This document shows positions 59,050-64,000 of a stretch of 64,000 bases of DNA, piece after piece. The translations under genes were made by a program, and so were the position numbers. Numbering within the stretch: the first letter of the stretch is position 1; every line of letters begins with the position of its first letter. Source of the DNA: Candidatus Levyibacteriota bacterium (lineage in GTDB: Bacteria; Patescibacteriota; Microgenomatia; Levybacterales; UBA12049); NCBI GenBank assembly GCA_029260905.1, contig JAJDCH010000011.1:512-64511 (forward strand), written 5' to 3'. The notes under the pieces are model-generated. The model was not told the DNA's origin, ran no database searches, and saw only the letters and a program-made list of their open reading frames with translations.

Positions 59050-59178
59050 ATGTCAGATATTACCTATACATGTACTGCGTGTAATCAAGAATTTTCAGAT
59101 GAATCATCTTTAAAAAATCATATGGTTCAGGATCACACAACAAAGACAGAGACAGTTGTTGAGGGCGAGGCAAAGTAG
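59050..59178 (+). CDS. Small 42-aa C2H2 zinc-finger protein
   Basis: MSDITYTCTACNQEFSDESSLKNHMVQDH...; exact Y-x-C-x2-C-x3-F-x5-L-x2-H-x4-H. Confidence 0.8.
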   Translation: MSDITYTCTACNQEFSDESSLKNHMVQDHTTKTETVVEGEAK

Positions 59179-59190
59179 TATAATAAATTT

Positions 59191-59523
59191 ATGGAAATGC
59201 TAATCAGCTGGTTTGTGAGCGCTCTTACTATTTTTGTAACCGCATATATTCTGCCTGGTGTGAGAATTGATGGATTTTTGTCTGCTCTTGCTGTAGCTGT
59301 GGTTCTCGGGGTTATAAATCTTTTGATAAAACCAATAATTCTTCTTCTTACACTTCCAATTACAGTTGTCACACTTGGCCTTTTTACTTTTGTGATAAAT
59401 GCTCTTTTGATACTTTTGGCATCAGCAATAGTACCAGGATTTACAGTCGATACCTTCTGGTGGGCACTTCTCTTTAGCATAGTTTTATCACTCATCAACT
59501 CCTTCATTGGAAAATCAAATTAA
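59191..59523 (+). CDS. YvlD / holin-family 4-TM membrane protein
   Basis: N..IKP..LTLP...TLGLF.FVINA. Confidence 0.9.
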   Translation: MEMLISWFVSALTIFVTAYILPGVRIDGFLSALAVAVVLGVINLLIKPIILLLTLPITVVTLGLFTFVINALLILLASAIVPGFTVDTFWWALLFSIVLSLINSFIGKSN

Positions 59524-59560
59524 CCCTTACCTCAAAGTCTTTTCTTGCTATAATATTTTT

Positions 59561-60814
59561 GTGATTAGGAGACCAAAATCAATCCAGACGATTTATCTCT
59601 ACCTTGTCCTGGGAAATACTTTGGCTGCATCTTTTATCTGGGGAATAAACACTATTTTTCTTCTTGATGCAGGACTTAGTAACTTTCAAGCATTTGCAGC
59701 CAATGCTTTTTTTACACTTGGACAAGTCATATTTGAAGTACCAACAGGTGTAATTGCTGATACTTACGGAAGAAGAATATCTTATTTACTCGGCGCCCTG
59801 ACTCTTGCTGCATCAACCGCACTTTATCTTTTTATGTGGCAAATTCAGGGCCCATTCTGGGGATGGGCAGGATCATCTATTCTTCTTGGTCTTGGATTTA
59901 CATTTTTTTCAGGCGCGCTTGAAGCATGGTTGGTTGATGCTCTTCATGCAACAAATTTCAAAGGATCACTTGATGGAGTATTTGCCAAAGGACAAATAGT
60001 TGGTGGTGTTGCGATGCTGACTGGATCTATTGCTGGTGGATTTATCGCACAAATTACAAACCTTGGTGTACCATATATTTTAAGAGCTGGTATTCTCATA
60101 ATTAATTTCTTAACAGCCTTTTTCCTCATGCGCGATCTTGGTTTTACTCCACAAAAAACCAAAACACCACTAAAAGAAATGAGAAAAATATTAACCCATT
60201 CAATTGATCATGGTCTCAGAAATAGACCTGTGAGATGGGTAATGCTTGCTTCACCTTTTATAACTGGTGTTAGTTTTTATGTTTTCTATGCTCTCCAACC
60301 ATTTTTGCTTGAACTGTACGGAGATGAAAAAGCATACGGAGTTGCAGGCCTTGCAGCAGCGCTTGTAGCAAGCGCGCAGATTGCTGGTGGATTTCTTGCT
60401 CCCAAAATCAGAAAATTATTTTCCAAAAGAACATCAACTCTTTTATCAGGTATACTTATTTCCTCAATAATCTTGTTCCTTGTTGTATTTGTAGATGATT
60501 TCTATACAACACTTTTTCTTGTCTTTACTTGGGGACTTACTTTTGCTGCAATTTCACCAATCAGACAGGCATATCTGAATGGACTGATTCCATCAAATCA
60601 ACGGGCAACAGTTTTATCATTTGATTCACTTATGGGATCAACTGGTGGAATCTTCATTCAGCCTGCACTTGGAAGAGCAGCTGACATCTGGAACTACTCC
60701 ACATCTTATGCATTATCAGCTGGAATTCAGGCACTTGCGTTTCCATTTATCTATCTTTCCAGAAAAGAAAATGCTCCGGCTGATATTATTGAAGAGGAGA
60801 AAAAAATAAATTAA
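59561..60814 (+). CDS. MFS transporter
   Basis: [24 protein letters not shown]; start reset to GTG after TGcTATAAT. Confidence 0.9.
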   Translation: MIRRPKSIQTIYLYLVLGNTLAASFIWGINTIFLLDAGLSNFQAFAANAFFTLGQVIFEVPTGVIADTYGRRISYLLGALTLAASTALYLFMWQIQGPFWGWAGSSILLGLGFTFFSGALEAWLVDALHATNFKGSLDGVFAKGQIVGGVAMLTGSIAGGFIAQITNLGVPYILRAGILIINFLTAFFLMRDLGFTPQKTKTPLKEMRKILTHSIDHGLRNRPVRWVMLASPFITGVSFYVFYALQPFLLELYGDEKAYGVAGLAAALVASAQIAGGFLAPKIRKLFSKRTSTLLSGILISSIILFLVVFVDDFYTTLFLVFTWGLTFAAISPIRQAYLNGLIPSNQRATVLSFDSLMGSTGGIFIQPALGRAADIWNYSTSYALSAGIQALAFPFIYLSRKENAPADIIEEEKKIN

Positions 60815-61893
60815 ACCAGGTAGTCTTTGAGCTTGTTGCCACGACTTGGATGGCGAAGTTTTCGAAGAGCCTTTGCTTCAATCTGTCTAATTCGCTCACG
60901 TGTAACTTGAAACATTCGTCCTACTTCTTCTAAAGTCTTTGGACGTCCATCGTCCAGTCCAAAACGCTCTTTCAAAACTCTTCTTTCTCGATCTGAAAGA
61001 GTTCCCAAAACCTGATCAACTTGCTCTTTCAAAAGCTCGCGGGATGCGCTGTCAAAAAGGGTTGGCGCTGAAGAATCTGAGATAAAATCCCCCAATCGGG
61101 AATCTTCTTCGTCTCCAACTGGCGCCTCGAGCGATGCGGGGTTTTGTGAAATTTTAATTATTTCAAGTGCCTTATCAGGTTCTATCCCTAATACTTTTGC
61201 AACCTCTTCAGGTGTTGGCTCACGCCCAAGCTCCTGCATCAGCTTTCGCTGACTTCGAAGGAATCTATTAATATTCTCAACCATGTGAACAGGGATACGG
61301 ATCGTTCTTGCCTGATCCGCAATTGCACGAGTAACACTTTGTCTAATCCACCAAGTTGCATATGTACTGAATTTGTAACCCCTTCTCCAATCATATTTTT
61401 CAACTGCACGAATAAGTCCTTGATTTCCTTCTTGAATAAGATCAAGAAGTGTAAGTCCACGTCCGATATATTTCTTGGCAATTGAAACAACAAGCCTAAG
61501 ATTGGAGTTAATAAGTGTTTTTTTCGCATCCATACTTCCTTTTTCAACTCTTTTAGCAAGCTCTATCTCCTGTTCAAATTTAAGAAGTGGGATACGCCCA
61601 ATTTCCTTGAGATACATTCTTACAGGATCGCTGACTGACCCTTCTGTCAAAACAGTCAATGCTTCAAGTTCTTTTTCTAGATCTTCGATTGGCTTTCCAT
61701 TTTCCTGTTGCTGGCTGACTGATTCAAAAACATCAATATTTCCCTTCATCAACTTGTCATAAAGTTGATCAAGTTCTTCGATATGCTCTTCTGGTTTGGC
61801 GTAGATTCCAAGTATTTCGTCTTGAGTGATGTAGCCTCGTTTCTTGGCGCCGATTACTACTTCTGTAAGTATAGGAGTTAACTTCTGGGACAT
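60811..61893 (-). CDS. rpoD: Primary sigma factor
   Basis: [44 protein letters not shown]. Confidence 0.97.
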   Translation of the reverse strand: MSQKLTPILTEVVIGAKKRGYITQDEILGIYAKPEEHIEELDQLYDKLMKGNIDVFESVSQQQENGKPIEDLEKELEALTVLTEGSVSDPVRMYLKEIGRIPLLKFEQEIELAKRVEKGSMDAKKTLINSNLRLVVSIAKKYIGRGLTLLDLIQEGNQGLIRAVEKYDWRRGYKFSTYATWWIRQSVTRAIADQARTIRIPVHMVENINRFLRSQRKLMQELGREPTPEEVAKVLGIEPDKALEIIKISQNPASLEAPVGDEEDSRLGDFISDSSAPTLFDSASRELLKEQVDQVLGTLSDRERRVLKERFGLDDGRPKTLEEVGRMFQVTRERIRQIEAKALRKLRHPSRGNKLKDYLV

Positions 61894-61923
61894 AGGTATC
61901 TATTTTACCACAAATCAGCAAAA

Positions 61924-63732
61924 CTATGAACCCCTAAGTTCTGCAGCTAGAGCTGAATACTCTTTCTGCAGGCTTTCAATCTCTTTTGAAACTCTTGACC
62001 CACCTGTGCCCTTTGCATCAGCCACGCTCAATGCTGCTTCCTCTTTTTTAATCTCTTCTGCTATATATCTCATTTTTTCCTGAATATAAAATGTGCGCAG
62101 AAGTTTTGCAATTTTTTCTACCTCTTTAATTATTTTTTCAGCATCAGTAAAAACAGGTAATGGGTAAAGAATTGATTTGTCAAAAGTGGTAAGTAGCTCT
62201 TGAGGAAGCGTATTGGCAAACTTCTTGCTATCAAATATTTTTTCTTTTCCAAAAAAACTTGATAATTTGTCCATTATTTTCCCCACTGCGCGGTTCTTAT
62301 TCAAATTACCTGAAAAGACATCTCTTGCTTTTTGAAAAAAAGACGCATCCTTGCTGTTTTGAACAATAAGTGCCAATAAATACTCTTCCGTTATTTCCTC
62401 TTTGGGTCTTTTTAACTTTAAAATCTCAGTTGTAGCAGTTGTTTTTTCTTTTTTCTCAACTCTTTCCATTTCTCGTACTATACTTTCATATGAAGTATCA
62501 AGCTCAGTTGATATTTTTTTAAGATAATGTTCTCTTATTATTTCATTTCTGATTTGCGCGATAAACGGAAGCAGGGTATCTGCTACTTTTTTCTTGCCCA
62601 CAGCTATTTTAACATCAACACTTGATATTGTTTTCTCAAGCAAATAATCATATATTGAAATATCATTTTTAACTGCTTTTTTAAAGGCTCCAGGGTCAGA
62701 TCTAAGAGCCTCATCTGCATCCTTGCCACCTGGCACCTCAATTACCGTTGGCATAAGACCCTTTTTCTCAACTACACTCAGGCTTCTCTTGACTGCTTCT
62801 TGACCTGCTTTGTCTGTATCAAAACAAAAAGTAACTTTTTCAGCGTAACGACCAAGTAAATTAACCTGTGAATCAGTAAGAGCTGTTCCTTTTACTGCAA
62901 TCACATTTGAAATACCATTTTCAAAACAAGTCATCACATCAAACTCTCCCTCAAGTATTATTACCTGATTAGTTCTTCTTATCGCGTCTTTTGTGTTGTT
63001 AATGCCAAAAATATGATCTCCCTTATGATAAATAAGTGTCTCTCTGGTATTAATATATTTTGAAGTTTTTATATCGTTATCAAGAATTCGTCCAGAAAAA
63101 CCCACTATATTATCTCGATGATCAACAAGCGGAAAGATAAGTCTGCCACGAAAAAAATCAGAAACACTTGATCCTCTTGAATATCCAAGACCTGCATCTA
63201 GCATGTCCTGTTTGGAATACTTTTTTTTATTTATCAAATATGAAGTAAGCGCAGAGCCGCTGCTTGGCGCAAAACCAAGCATAAATGCTTCAATCAATTT
63301 TTCATTTATTCCTCTTTTCTTGAGATAATCTAGAGCCTTTTTACCAGCATCGTGTTTGGTCAATACATAATGATAATATTGTTTTGCAAGAATATTTATC
63401 TCATACAATTTTTCTTTTTTGTATGTATCCCCCGATGATCCCTGATTTCTTTCTTTCAGCTCAACTCCTGCTCTTTTGGCAAGTGTGCGAAGGGCCTCTG
63501 GAAAATCCATTTTCTCATATTCCATCAAGAACTGATAAACATCCCCACCCTTGTTACATGTTCCAAAACAATGCCAGATTTGTCTTTCGGGAGATATCAC
63601 AAATGAGGCTGTTTTTTCCGTATGAAATGGGCAATTGGCTTTGAAATTTCTCCCTGCTTTATTCAAAGTAACAAACTCTGAAATAAAAGAAACAATATCT
63701 ATTTTTTCTCTAATTTCTCCAACCTGATCCAT
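61924..63732 (-). CDS. dnaG: DNA primase
   Basis: CPFH.EKT..HCFG.C zinc finger, KYIN, EGEFD, FDTDKAG Toprim. Confidence 0.97.
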   Translation of the reverse strand: MDQVGEIREKIDIVSFISEFVTLNKAGRNFKANCPFHTEKTASFVISPERQIWHCFGTCNKGGDVYQFLMEYEKMDFPEALRTLAKRAGVELKERNQGSSGDTYKKEKLYEINILAKQYYHYVLTKHDAGKKALDYLKKRGINEKLIEAFMLGFAPSSGSALTSYLINKKKYSKQDMLDAGLGYSRGSSVSDFFRGRLIFPLVDHRDNIVGFSGRILDNDIKTSKYINTRETLIYHKGDHIFGINNTKDAIRRTNQVIILEGEFDVMTCFENGISNVIAVKGTALTDSQVNLLGRYAEKVTFCFDTDKAGQEAVKRSLSVVEKKGLMPTVIEVPGGKDADEALRSDPGAFKKAVKNDISIYDYLLEKTISSVDVKIAVGKKKVADTLLPFIAQIRNEIIREHYLKKISTELDTSYESIVREMERVEKKEKTTATTEILKLKRPKEEITEEYLLALIVQNSKDASFFQKARDVFSGNLNKNRAVGKIMDKLSSFFGKEKIFDSKKFANTLPQELLTTFDKSILYPLPVFTDAEKIIKEVEKIAKLLRTFYIQEKMRYIAEEIKKEEAALSVADAKGTGGSRVSKEIESLQKEYSALAAELRGS

Positions 63733-63807
63733 GTTGAGGAAAGTATATACCACACAGGCAAAGTTTACAATTATCGACTAAAACGTGCTAAAATAGGCAA
63801 AAGGCTT

Positions 63808-64000
63808 ATGGATAAAAAAGGGATAATGATCGAAGAATTAAAAATCTTTTCAAAAAATGACAAAAGGGACATTGAGAGATTAGCAGGGAAACTAAATGTT
63901 AATTCAATTCCCTTAACTGATGAGGATTTAAAAAGCATGCTTTCATCCCCCAATACTCATTTATTCATCATCCGCGAACTAAAAAACAAAAAAATTATCG
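63808..64000 (+). CDS. GNAT-like acetyltransferase, 3'-partial
   Basis: MDKKGIMIEEL...LTDEDLKSMLSSPNTHLFIIR open to the window end; TGcTAAAAT upstream. Confidence 0.5.
   Translation, partial: MDKKGIMIEELKIFSKNDKRDIERLAGKLNVNSIPLTDEDLKSMLSSPNTHLFIIRELKNKKII

Noticed and set aside
59191-59523. Phage lysis module
   Set aside because: YvlD-type holin-family genes are common chromosomal membrane genes; no endolysin or phage genes nearby
447-63953. Numerous 60-140 aa ORF-track entries overlapping or antisense to well-supported genes
   Set aside because: Shadow frames without motifs or expression signals
1-64000. CRISPR array or cas genes
   Set aside because: No regularly spaced repeats with unique spacers; the 34-bp repeat has two copies 2.9 kb apart and the heptamer arrays have no spacers
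1-64000. Alternative genetic code (TGA read as Gly or Trp)
   Set aside because: Conserved genes are full length under code 11 and TGA ends genes at normal positions, including ATGA overlaps (aroB/aroA, aroA/aroK)

Overview
AT-rich bacterial chromosome segment using genetic code 11. Gene content and style suggest Patescibacteria/CPR, Microgenomates-like (inference from DUF2298, LCP, FemAB, a compact RpoD and mostly leaderless-looking promoters). Left to right: (1) envelope and housekeeping genes (LCP, tpiA, pcrA, femAB-like, rnhA, and an N-terminally short clpB under a CIRCE-like site); (2) a divergent thiol-redox cluster (dipZ, thioredoxins, DUF3179, GDCCVxC, msrA) sharing an 18-bp operator with an XRE gene; (3) a ~15 kb aromatic amino acid region, trpR-trpEGDCFBA then pfkB-aroBAKEDC-trpS. 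The aro operon follows an unannotated attenuator whose leader peptide contains W-F-Y-F, has no DAHP synthase, and starts with a PfkB kinase; (4) a ~7.85 kb integrative element at the 3' end of tRNA-Asn carrying Mrr, SpoVG-like, Rep-like, xis-like, BcgI-like R-M and serine recombinase genes. The recombinase gene appears split by integration, with an in-frame 38-codon tail stranded at the far end and a decayed second copy of that tail at ~48.1 kb; (5) a two-component cassette between 34-bp direct repeats; (6) accessory genes including unannotated small ORFs (a Lys/Arg-rich peptide beside a SET protein, and a canonical C2H2 finger); (7) rpoD-dnaG. All calls come from reading and hand alignment; no database searches were run.
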